Below are positions 37,101 through 49,229 of a DNA stretch of 64,000 nucleotides, one piece after another. The position numbers and the translations under genes are program-made. Source of the DNA: Mesotaenium endlicherianum (Eukaryota); NCBI GenBank assembly GCA_009602735.1, contig WELA01002449.1, positions 59,818 to 123,817 of the forward strand, given 5' to 3'. The notes under the pieces are model-generated. The model worked only from the letters and a program-made list of their open reading frames with translations, was not told the DNA's origin and searched no databases. Every line of letters begins with the position of its first letter. Position 1 is the first letter of the stretch.

Positions 37101-38270
37101 TTGGTACCAAAGCAACTGCGCCGAGGCCCAAGTGCACGAGGAAGTTGGTATTGCTGCTTAAGAGCAATCCCATGAAGCATGTAAGATAGACACAAGTAGC
37201 CATGAAAACAACAAGGAAGATGGCTTTTTTTTCTACAACAAGGTTCTTTTCTATCTATTTGCCCAGAGGAGATAGTCTCAAAAATTTGCAAGATGATTAT
37301 ATTAGTTGCTAGTATATTTCAGATTTAAGACTAGCAACAAGGATGTAGAGCTACTAAGAAGAGCAGTCGCAAGAATAAGCTCAAAACAGAATAGCAAAAA
37401 GCAGAAGATTTGCTCTACAAACTAATTCTAGGTAGAGCATAGAAGAGAGTTTGAATATAGGAGAGAGATAAAGGAAAACTCAAACAAAACTTCAGCTGTT
37501 GACTCTCTCTTTCTCAACATATTCACTAATGTTTTCCACTTTTCCTCAACATACTGATTCTTTATTCTTTTGACAAGCCATGTTTCTTTTCTTTCTTATA
37601 TGTATCTCCGATACAAAATGTACATCTTTAAAAATACTACATGTGGAACTACTACATTTTCAAAAGAGAGAAAAGAGTTGTATTTGAACGTGCCAATATT
37701 GGCGAAAGTGGGCGAAGTGTCGAACTGGTGAAAGGAGGCGGCGACAGGCCCGAGAAAAGATTCCCAACGTCAGCCAACAATCGTGCAACAGGACTTTGAA
37801 CTGTTCGACACTTGCGCCTGCAAAACTAGACGAGCCAAATTGAGCCCCTGGCTTGCCCTGGTCAAACCCATCCTGGCGACGTCTGACTTTATACCACCTA
37901 CTGCATGCATGGCGCACGAGCCAAACCAGCCAAAACCAGTTCGACCCCAATAAGCTCGAATGGCGACAGCGTCTACGCGTCAAAGTCACGTCAAGAACGT
38001 TACGGCTTTTACACCCCGTACGTTACTAAAGCGGGTCAATAGGAGCAACGCGAAGAAATACCAATTTCAAAATATTTCAAATGCATATGCATGCTGCAAG
38101 CCTTTTGGGCAAATGGGAGTGCGCTGCAGCTAAATTGGGCCCTCAGTTTGACGAGCTTTTTTGCGAGTAGAACGAGATCCATTTGTACGTAACCTTGCGA
38201 TGATCAGTTGCTGATCAAGAATCTGAGTAAGAGGGGTGAGGCTGAAGTTTTGATCCAATTTTCCTTGATC

Positions 38271-41200
38271 ATGATGAAGGCTAGCCCTTTGCGGCACACA
38301 CATCACCTTAAGTCGAAAAATCACGCAGCAACATTCACAGAGGCTCTAAAGGGAGGGAAATTAGCCTCGTTTGTCACCATTGGTCTGGTGTTTGGTTTAG
38401 CTGGTTACATCATAGGCTCTCGCTCCGGAGCATCCAGTTGTAAGAGTTTGAAGCTGACCGATAGGACGCATTTCCTGTTCACAAGTGATCCTGAGGGCTC
38501 TACGGCTAGAGAGGTTTCATTGGTAAGAAACTCAGCGTGCGATCAGACTGGCAAATGCTTTCCAAGTTGTCCAAAAAACTTCACTGAGTACATCCCAAGC
38601 CATCGAACTAGCAACGTGTACCCCAAGGTATGGGGCCAATGGCTAGAGAGAAATTTCCCATCCGAGAGGCACCAATGTATAGTCCCACCACCACAGAACT
38701 ACAAATTGCCTGTTCGATGGCCTGACAGCAGAGACTACATCTGGTTATCCAACGTGCCTGATCCCAAGAAGCTTGCAGATATAAAGGCAGAGCAGCATTG
38801 GCTGGAAATAAAAGGAGATCGGATCTACTTTCCAGGTATTAAGCTTTCTTATGTAGTGGAGAGTGTTCTTATTGTCATGCAGAAGCTTGCAGTAAGACAA
38901 GGATATGATTCTACCTATTAGAGGATGTATGCAAGAATCTGGAGATCGCTCATGATGTTTTCTGGGTGTCCTCGCATACTCTAACTCTATAAAAACAACT
39001 TGCTGCCAGTAAGTATCTAGTTGGTTTTGTCCGTCTTCACATTTCTCACTCGAATGGTTCACCCATCTTCAGCTCTGTTGAAATCAGGCTGCAGCTTGCT
39101 TGTCTACTTTATTTTGGCAGAAGGTTCCACCTTTAAACAATACTAGTCATTAGCATGACTCGGACTTCTTTCTATAAGTTGTGAACTTGCATAGCTGGGC
39201 CACGAGAGGTATAGTGAGAGTGATGCCCAGCTCTAAGTCTTATTACTCCGTGGTAGTGCCACAAATGTACTTATTGGCCGAAGTGCTGACGGAACTTAGC
39301 TAAGTACCATACATGAGTCTCGTACAAGCCCACTACGGTCCACTTTAAAGCCAATATCATGGTTAATGCACCTCTTGATTCATCTGTTCGACCATTGCTT
39401 CATATCAATCCCTCCATTACTCCATGTATGACGTGCAGTGAGATGATAGCTATGTCTGGAAGTCACCTTGAGTTAAAGCACTGCTGGGGTGACCATATCA
39501 GGTATTCTGAGAACTGAGGTTTCGCTATCTTCAACCCGCATACCTGCTCTGAAAAACAACATATCCATGTATTGACTTTTGCTATCAGGAGGAGGCACTC
39601 ACTTCAAAGGTGGAGCAGATGAGTATATAAATCGCTTGGCCAATATCATACCCATAAGGGGCGGGGCCATCCGGACAGTCTTCGATGTGGGATGTGGCGT
39701 GGCCAGCTTTTCGGCAGCCCTGTTGCCACTTGGCATCCTTACCATGTCTGTGGCTCCACGAGATGTACACGAGAATCAGGTAGGGCAGGCAGCTCTTCAC
39801 CCTGTCTGTGTATCAATTTACCCTGAGGGAAAGAGGAGGAGGTTTTGCAGGTTTGCCAGCCCTCAATTTATTTGTGAAAGAAACTATTCTGCTGAGTCCA
39901 AGCCCCGTGCTGGTCAAGCGAACGCTACCGAGCTTTGTGGACCCTGTGCTCCAAGGAGAGTGGGTCTTGCATGAACCACTTCTTACTGTTAGCAGAGAGT
40001 TGTAGATGACTTTTGGAGGCAACTTTCGGCACGATGCCTTTCATGTCATGTTCTAGCTAACGAGTGTCCATTTAGATTGATCTAGAGACAGTTCAAGAGG
40101 GGACTGTAGAAAGTGCAGTAGCAACCGCAAACATCCTCTTGAGCCATTCCGCCGGATGCAGAGGTCCACAAACTCCACCATATAGAGAGATCTGGGCACT
40201 AGCGGGATTGTCACTCAGAGTGATGCCAGTCAAGCAGTGCTGTTTTAAGACGATGTAAGACAAAGCTAACGCCCACATACCACTATGAAAAAGGAAAGGT
40301 GCAGAGGATATGGTAGGATAGACTGCATGTCTGACTGAAAGATGGAATGAGAGTGTGCTCTGACAGGGGCAAGAAATTAGCAGCCAACAGTTCCTGCAAC
40401 ACTGCCTGGCTGAAATAGCAGGTTGACTTGCTTCTCACAGTGTAGGAGTTGGGAGGGGTAGCTTTCTGGAGTGGAACATCGGGATTGCTGGCCTAGGCAC
40501 GCATGCGCCAGCAGTGCAGAATGGAAAACAGCCACGAATGAGAATATCGTGAAGACTTGCCTTTTTGGTAGGGAAAGAGTACGGGCAGGCTGTTCACATT
40601 GAGCTGCAGGACCGCCGGAGGCAAGCACCTAGCGTTAGTGACTGGGTAGTGTCACGAGGGCCACAAAGGCCCCTGCCGCCACAGCCCTGCTGCCGCCTGG
40701 CAGCGGCTGCCCTGGCCTTTCTGCTGCATAAATGAGCTGGTCCAAGTGCTTGTGCTCGAGACAACATGCGCCGGCAGGCGCATTACTGACTCAGGGTGGA
40801 GGATTGGATTGGGCTTGATGATGTTCAGATGCAGATGGTGCTGGAGAGGGGCCTGCCGGGCATGCTGGGATTCCTGAACCGGTATCGGCTGCCGTACCCG
40901 AGCCAGTCCTTTGACATGGCGCACTGCTCGCGCTGCCGCATCGACTGGCACGAGCGTGAGGTGCGGGCGCTCGTACCGGATGCGTACTGCCTCTTACAAC
41001 CCTCATACCTGCGCTTGCGCAATGCCAGTCGGCGAGGAACTTTTGTTTGACTGACTCGCTACGAGTGCATTCAGGTTGGGGCTCTCGCTATGGGCTAGCT
41101 GGTGTGACACGCTGTAGTGGACCAGGGATGCCGCCACAGTCATGAATTATTACCCCTGACCGAGAATAAAGCGGCAGAAAGAGGGAAAAGTTGCACCCTG

Positions 41201-44036
41201 TGTGGGTTGCCAAGAGCCATTTCGGGAGACCAGAGAGCTGGTGGGCGCGGCACTCTCACGCGTCTGTCTGGGGATTGTAACCGTATATGGATCATGCGGT
41301 CGTACTTGCGTGTGGCGGTAATGCATTTCTTTAGCGCATATTGCTTGCCCTGCTGCACGCGCAATGCATCCCCACGCTTTCCCAAGGCAATGCTCCAGCT
41401 GAGCAATGCGCTTGGCTTATGACTGCAAATCGCTCCTGTGTGTGCGTGTGTGCGCGCATGCGTGCAGGACATGCTGCTGATAGAGATCCTGAGGCTGCTG
41501 CGGCCCGGCGGCTACTTTGTGTGGTCGAGCCCCCCCGTGTACCGCAACGACCAGGAGTCCCGCGACCTGTGGAACCGGACCATGGAGGTCATGCAGCGCC
41601 TCTGCTTCAAGGAGGTTGGCCGGCAGGCCGAGACAGCTGTCTTTCAGAAGCCCCAGAGGTGCCGCCCCTCGCTCCTGCTTCTGCGCCTGCGCCCGGGCTC
41701 TTGTGCTTGCACATGTGCTCCATTACTTGCATTCCCCGCCGACCAGGCTACGGCGTGTGTGTCTGCGCTTGTCCCGCTCGTTCCCTTCTCGCTCGCGTCG
41801 ATGTTTCCCGGCCTGTGCACAAACTCTATGTATGGGAAGTGCGAAAGGGGGATGATGCGTGTAGGCATGCCGTGCTCGTAGAGGGATGATGACCACGCTT
41901 CCATCTGTTGAGCTCCGATAAGCCCGGGCTGTTGGTATCGGCAGCACGAGCAGTTTCCCTACAGATGTGACGGACTGACTTGTCACTCTGCCCGCTAGGT
42001 AGTGACAACAAATTACTGATCGACCCCCCTTCTCCTCCCCTTCTCCCCCCCCGCCCCCCCCTCTCCCCCCCGGAACTTCNNNNNNNNNNNNNNNNNNNNN
42101 NNNNNNNNNNNNNNNNNNNNNNNNNNNNNNNNNNNNNNNNNNNNNNNNNNNNNNNNNNNNNNNNNNNNNNNNNNNNNNNNNNNNNNNNNNNNNNNNNNNN
42201 NNNNNNNNNNNNNNNNNNNNNNNNNNNNNNNNNNNNNNNNNNNNNNNNNNNNNNNNNNNNNNNNNNNNNNNNNNNNNNNNNNNNNNNNNNNNNNNNNNNN
42301 NNNNNNNNNNNNNNNNNNNNNNNNNNNNNNNNNNNNNNNNNNNNNNNNNNNNNNNNNNNNNNNNNNNNNNNNNNNNNNNNNNNNNNNNNNNNNNNNNNNN
42401 NNNNNNNNNNNNNNNNNNNNNNNNNNNNNNNNNNNNNNNNNNNNNNNNNNNNNNNNNNNNNNNNNNNNNNNNNNNNNNNNNNNNNNNNNNNNNNNNNNNN
42501 NNNNNNNNNNNNNNNNNNNNNNNNNNNNNNNNNNNNNNNNNNNNNNNNNNNNNNNNNCCTCTCCCCCCCGGAACTTCCCCACCTTCCAGCCGCCCTTCCT
42601 TTGAGTTCACCCATATCCCTTGCCTTTTGCCTGATTGCGCTGACACTCTGTGTCCCGTGTTATTTTTGGCAGCAATGAGTGCTGGCTGTCCAGAGGGCCC
42701 GGAACACTCCCACACTTGTGCAGCAACGGCACAGACCCCGATGCTGCATGGAACGTGACGCTGGAGCGCTGCGTCACCCCCGTTGCCGACCTGAAGGGCA
42801 TCGTGCCCATCTGGCCGGAGCGCATTAACACGGGCCTGCGGCTGGGCCGGCCCAATGCAACAGCGCTGCTGTGTGCGGACACCGCCAAGTGGTCCAAGCG
42901 GCTTATGCGATACAAGAAGCTCATTGACTTCAGCAGGTCTGTCCGATCCTCCCTTCCTCGCTCCCCCCGCCAACCCACATCTCCCTCTCCCCCTCTCCCT
43001 CTTCCTCTCCCTTCTCCTCTCCCTCCCCCCCCTGTCCTCTCCGGCTCTCTTTCTCCCTTCCCCTCTGGCCTCTGCCTCGCAGCTCCCCCTCCTGCTCTCC
43101 CTCTCTTCCCCCCTCGATATGTCCCCTCCCCCCCTCAAAAGAAACGGCTCTCTCCCTTGCATACACACACACACACGCTGCAAGTGGTTACGTGAAATTT
43201 TCCCTGCTCTTGACATCAGCTGTTACGTTCTTGACATTTAAGCAACTTTTGTGTTGTACTGCATACCAATATTTGCATCACTTCCAGATGCAGAAAATAG
43301 TGCTCATGTATGTGTACTTGGCTGGCTGTCAGCAGGATAAGGAACATTATGGATGCAAGAGCAGGGTGGGGCAGTTTTGCGGCTAGCCTGATTGACCTCC
43401 CCGTGTGGGTCATGAACATCATGCCGCTGGCCGATTTGCACAAGGTATGTTCTCTCTCGTCGCAGAGGCTGTTCCTCGAGGCTCTTTCTGTTCACCTACA
43501 CCGGCATTTTGGTCCTCATTTAACTGCGACTGTCATAAGTGCGTGAGGCGTTTCTCCTCCGAAGATTCGGAATTTTGTGGCAGTGAGCAGATACATCTGC
43601 TAGCTAGTTCCTTGTTGTGCAAAAGCAGTTCTAAGGTTGTCAGCTGTGGGGTTGATGACGTGTTGAGCAGAGCTCTCTGAAGGTGGTGTACGACAGGGGA
43701 TTCATTGGCACCGTCCACAACTGGTGCGAGGACTTCTCCTCCTACCCACGCACATATGACCTCATACATGCCGCCGGACTCTTCACCCTCAAGCATGCGT
43801 GCAGTGCCGTGGACATACTCTTCGAATTTGACCGCCTTCTGCGTCCTCTTGGTTATGTTATAGTCCGGGATTCGAGTGCAAACGTAGCCAAGGTTGTGCA
43901 AGTAGCCACCCAACTGAGATGGGATTGTCAAACAGTCGCACCAAGTGAGAGGGTAGGATCAGAGCAACTTCTGTTCTGCCAGAAGCTGTTCTCCCCCGTT
44001 AAGAATGCGGGAAATTCAGATGGTCTAAAGTTGTAA
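38271..44036 (+). CDS. PMT-family (Methyltransf_29/DUF248, putative pectin) SAM-dependent methyltransferase, type II membrane protein, ~605 aa
   Basis: Exons 38271-38835, 39589-39779, 40829-40960, 41468-41658, 42673-42936, 43336-43444, 43671-44036 (1818 nt). N-terminal TM, then [67 protein letters not shown] and YPRTYDLIH. Confidence 0.93.
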
Positions 44037-44486
44037 TTTTTGACAATTATTAGAATTTATTACACATGCGTCTGGTTCAACCAGGATTTGCCGTTTTGAG
44101 TTATGTGTCTCTATGCCTACAGGGGTGTTCAGGCTAGCTATCAATGAAAGTATTCAAGTTATCTATGGTTCATAGGAGACGTGACACGCCGACACATAGC
44201 AGATGTACTTGTGTGCTGCAAGTTCCCCCATTGTTATCAAGCACGGTTGACACTATGTCACGGGTATAACCTTGGCTGAAGGCTACAATCCTCTACTTTA
44301 TGATTGTCCCCCTACTCAGTGCGTTCAATAACAAGGCCTACTGCTTCCAAATACAAGTCACTCTTAAAGAAGGCACTAAGTGAAGTATAGCAATCAAAGA
44401 ATGATATGCGTTCTTGAAACATATTGGAACTTATACCTTCCACGTGCAAACAGAAGATGGTAACTTTTTACTAACCCTGGATTAAC

Positions 44487-45610
44487 TTAGATGCTTATAA
44501 ACAAACTCAATATGCCTCTCACAATAGAGATGGCTACGAAGGCGAACAGGCAAAGGATGAAGACCCCAGCAACGATGGTTAGAACCGGAGGGTTTCTGCC
44601 CTCATCAGTATCGACTACCTTCTGTGATTTTGAATCATCTTCAGGAGTTAGCCCCTCTGTAGCCCTCACAACAACTCGTCCTAGTCTTTCCTTCCTGCAT
44701 CCTGCGAAGTCAACAAGGGACATATAAAGCAGTCCTTTCAGTTACTGATACTGGGCAAGCGACTGTCAGTTGCACTCCTGATGTTCATCTCCGCTTTCAA
44801 GACTTGACGCATGAACAACGCAGAATGTAGTCATTAGAAACCACCAGCCATCAGCTGATGAGTTGTCCTTTCCACAAAAAGAAAGCCCTTCATATGTACA
44901 GCAAGCACATGGACAGGGTTGCTACTCCATAGCTGGAAAGTCGTGCGCTTGCTTCCACTTTGGATGGAACGAGATCCCATCATGTACAAGAGAAAGAATG
45001 ACATGAAGTCTGAGAGACTTAAGGAAATTACATCCCAGCACTTTTAGCAAAGGCAGAAAAAAGTTTATTGAAGCAGCTCCTGCTGTTACAGATCACGCTT
45101 TAAGCTCCAAATACTAGTGCAGAATGCAAGACCTTGAGCAACTGCTCCCGACTCGGGCAACGGTGCAGTGCAAGCTCAGTATTGACTATGGGTATGATGG
45201 TTTCTTACCTGTGTTCCTGAGCACTACTACTTGAGTCGACGGTAAGCCTGGACTCGATGTAACTTCCAGGACCCTGCAATCCCTGCATATATGCACCCCT
45301 GATCATTAAGGCTGAGAGCCTTCATATATTTTGAAATGCAAGAGCTATACATTTTATTAAGAAAGAATCTCCCACGTAGTAATGTCCCTCATGCCAGAAC
45401 AGCAGAAGTTGTTCATTTGAAATGCTGAGCTCCTGGACTTCTCACTTACATCATTTTCCCCGACACAGTTGTCTTTAGATGGGTGCCCTTGCAGACTAGG
45501 CTCCGTCGGCTGACGATAGAAGATGTACTACTCTTGTTGTTCGCTGCTCTTGACAAGGACGTAAGAAATGAAGTACATAATGCACGTTCCGATAAAGTGT
45601 GTGCAGCCAT
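44487..45610 (-). CDS. Small predicted plastid-targeted protein with one C-terminal transmembrane helix, ~149 aa, function unknown
   Basis: Phase-consistent exons 45610-45450, 45282-45209, 44701-44487. MAA start, Ser/Thr/Arg-rich N-terminus, cleavage-like VVVRA, hydrophobic VLTIVAGVFILCLFAFVAISIV. Confidence 0.7.
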
Positions 45611-46165
45611 GGTGCAGCAGCCTTGAGATGATGTGACAACGCACGAAGCGAGAGCAACTCCAGCGTTGTACGTAAACGAAGTGTATAATAAATAGCGAGC
45701 TCAAGTTAGTGATTCATTTGCAAGCTTGTTGGAGCAGAATTTAGCAAGCTTACTGCTTACCAATTTGAAACGTCAGTACAAAATTCTCTTCTGTGCGATC
45801 GTGTGCGATGGTGCACGCGATCACTTATGCACTCTTTTACCTCCCCCAGCCTTGTGTGTCTTCCCTTCGCATACCCTCTTTGTCCATTCCTGTGCTGACC
45901 GCCCAGCTATCGACGACATTCTCTCATTTATATGGGCGATTCTCGCTCGTGATGCACCCGTGTCGCAGGCGAGCAATGTGCGTCGCGGACGTGCGGCATA
46001 TGAAGCATCGAGAGGTCCGTGCCTGCTCCGGCCATGCTAGCTGAAGAAGATTCATTGTACACTCCGGAGGACAATCGGGAAAGGCCAAAGACGAGTACAG
46101 TGCTACCAGTTCTTAATACCTGCATCTTCTTCCGGTCTAGCGCTTGACTATTGTTTTGTGTAAGT

Positions 46166-48021
46166 ATGGCTTCTATCACTGGAGCTGTTGCCCATATCGC
46201 ACCGTCCGCCACTTCGTTATGCGGCTCTAAGTCTAGGAGCTCCGTGGGCCGGACCCACCTTTCCTCTGTGTCTGTTAGAAGCTGCAGCCTTACATCATCA
46301 TCTCAGGACCTTTTGACAGTCCGTGTCGGAGCCGGACGTCGAAATAATCAGAGGAGCATTTCGTGCCAAGCTTCTATCCCTGATTTCAAAGCCCCTTCTG
46401 GTAAGTTTGAGTATCAATGTATCTTACAGATTTAGCAATCTATACTATTCCGGTATCTGTATTACCTTTCCTTGAGCATAGTGGGTACTGGCGGTAGACG
46501 CTCCTACACAAGAAAAGGGGTAATTTTTTTACATGGGCAATTACTGGCTGATTGGAGTCAGTTGATCTGATTTATAGTTGAACGCGGCAACTAATTAGAT
46601 GGTGCGAAGAGTAAAGTTGGCTGAGTGTGAATTTCACATCACATCTGCTTAATGCCTGGCTCTATATATGCTCTTATCTATAGCGCATTGTGCTGTGCTC
46701 ACTTTCGAATTGTTTTGACGCCCTTCTTGCTGGCGGCATCGTAACGGGGATATGATTTGGTAGTTTAAAGTGTACTTGGTGTGCTTTCTGCTTAATTATA
46801 GTGGCTTCAAAAGGTCACCCCGCGCTAGTGAGATAGAGGAGGTTGCAGAGTTTTCAGTCCTTCACTGAAAGTGGGAGATATGTCTATGATTACGGATGAC
46901 CGGTGAAGGAGCAGCTGCTGATTGAGTGTGTGATAGGTTGTGAAGCCGGGTTATATTAGTATTATATATGAACATACACATAAGCGGAGTGGGAATCATG
47001 TACGTCTGTTGGCGGACTTGGTCGCGCGTGAGAGGGTGCGACTTTGAAAGAAATTGAGTATCGCCATTACAGCTTGATGGCACCAGTTTTTGGGAGGTCA
47101 AATGGCTGAGACACTTCCTGGCTGGCTTTTACCCCCCCGTCCTGTTCACCTGCAGCCTTGACTCCTGAATTGAAGGAGACTATCGACAACTTTCTTGCTT
47201 CCCACAAGCTTGTTCTCTTCATCAAGGGGAACAGGCAGTTTCCGCAGTGTGGCTTCTCTGACGGTGCAGTCAAGGTCGCCAATGCACTGGACAAGCCATA
47301 CGAGACTGTGGACATTCTGGCGGACGAAACCCTCCGTCAAGCCATGAAGGAGTACTCTCAGTGGCCCACGTTCCCCCAGGTTTACCTCGGAGGAGAGTTT
47401 GTGGGCGGTTTCGACATCTTCTACGGTACCCGCTGGACCTTCCCCCAGTTGTTTGATTGGGCAGAAATGAGATGGTGGCGTTGTTGGTTTTATGTAGTTC
47501 TTGTTGCTCCGGTTGCTTGTCCGCGATTGTCGCACTGTTGCCTTGCCTGGGCAGTCTAAGTTTTTTGGCCACCAAGGAAAATAAGAAACGGTGAGGAGCA
47601 AGTGCTAAGGCCAAGGGGTCATTTGATTTCTGTGTTTCGCGTGTCCTGTGTTGTCAATTTTTGGGTTTTGGGAGTGACGCTAGTGCAAGCTTTATCCTTA
47701 TTGGGCAGCTACTTGGATACTGTAATTGTTTGTTGACATCTTTCGGTGGTTTTCCTTTATTAACTCCGCGTGTCATGTATTGCCGCCAGATTGAGTGGGC
47801 ATATCACGAGGCACTGTCGTTGTCATGGGCGGGACTAGAAATGACTGGGGGTATGGATGCGTTGGATTTGGAGGCTTCATATGCAATCGCTTGCAGATGG
47901 CAAATGTTGAAGGACAAGTTGCTTGGGTATCTCATTGCTCTCGTTTTTGGCTTGCCTTCTTGCAGAGGCGCTTAGTACAAAGGAATTCCAGGAGCAAGTG
48001 GAGGTCGTTTTTGCATCATAA
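46166..48021 (+). CDS. Plastid monothiol CGFS glutaredoxin (GRXS14-like), ~186 aa
   Basis: Exons 46166-46400, 47156-47425, 47966-48021. Transit peptide, then LTPELKETID, LFIKG, PQCGFS, WPTFPQ and GGFD. Confidence 0.92.
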
Positions 48022-49229
48022 ATTGGAAATTATACATATGCTGGAAGCACTATATTGTGCTACAGTCTCGAATGACTAGTGCAGCTAGGGTTGGGTCAGT
48101 TCCTTGCCTTGACCCTGTATAAAACTTAACTTGCAGGTCTAGGTCCCGGAACAGATGTAGTAGGTCTAGATCCTAGACGCGTAGTGTAGAGATGCTCTGC
48201 AGTAATGAAGGCCTGTCCCTTTTTTGAGAGAGGAGTTGAAGTGGAGTCTTGTTTCCCTCACTCTTTTCGAGGTTTGAGACAAAAAGTGTTGTTCAGTTTG
48301 ATTTTATCTGTCAATAATTTATCCCAAGTTCGTGTTCTTACAAGTTAGGTTCAGTCTCAAAAGTACCAACGATACACATAAGTTGCCCGTGCATGAGGTC
48401 GAGTAACCTGTCACCTGCACTCTGGTGGCGTTCTTTTCCCCTGTAAAAGACACCATGCTACTTACTCTTCATGCTTGTTGGGCATGCAGCAATGCCTTAT
48501 AGCCCGCCATAAAAAGAGAAAGACAAATTGAGCCACAAGTCTGGACAACGATGAGAATTAGTGAGCTGACGAAAATGGTACATGTACATAGAGAGCAGCC
48601 TGGCTGTGTACATGAAGGGATCAAATAGCGCAACTTCACATGCCAAGTTCTGTAGCAAGGTACAAGCCAACCAGACTGCACTGATTTATTTAGGCGGAGT
48701 GCAGCAGTAAGAGCTGCATACTAAAGTGCTCCTATCCTGCACACGCAATTGTTCATGCAAGCAATAGCTGAGCTCCAGCAAAACAGCCTCTTTTAGGAGT
48801 TGACTGAACCTAGCCAGCATACTGCTCGCTACATGGTAAGCTCTGGACCTGGTTCGCACTGGTATGTAGAAGCCTAGAGGTTGGTAGTAACCGAAGCTTG
48901 GAACAAAGGTCAGTGCAACTGCTCGTGCATGCCTGGAGGCATACTTGCCTCTTAGGGATGAAAGGGCTTTTGCTGTGGAATCTCTCAAGGGACTCCAGGC
49001 CCTACATTATTGTCGCTGGAAACAGAAGTGACCAGGAATAGAGCCACGATCACTTTCTCGACACATGTTAGTCGTCTCTTGTCTATACTACACCACTCAG
49101 TCTATAACTAGCTATACCTTTCTAGTCCCGTTTGGCCCGCCACAGGTGGGTCACACGTACCCTGAGTTTTTCAACACCTGCTGTCACACCTCCCAAACAC
49201 GAGGCAGATTACAAACCTAAGGGGACGCT

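Noticed and set aside
38014..38022. CCCGTACGT matching the reverse complement of the 13597/14226 ends
   Set aside because: Only 9 bp, with no further homology and the wrong orientation to enclose an element.
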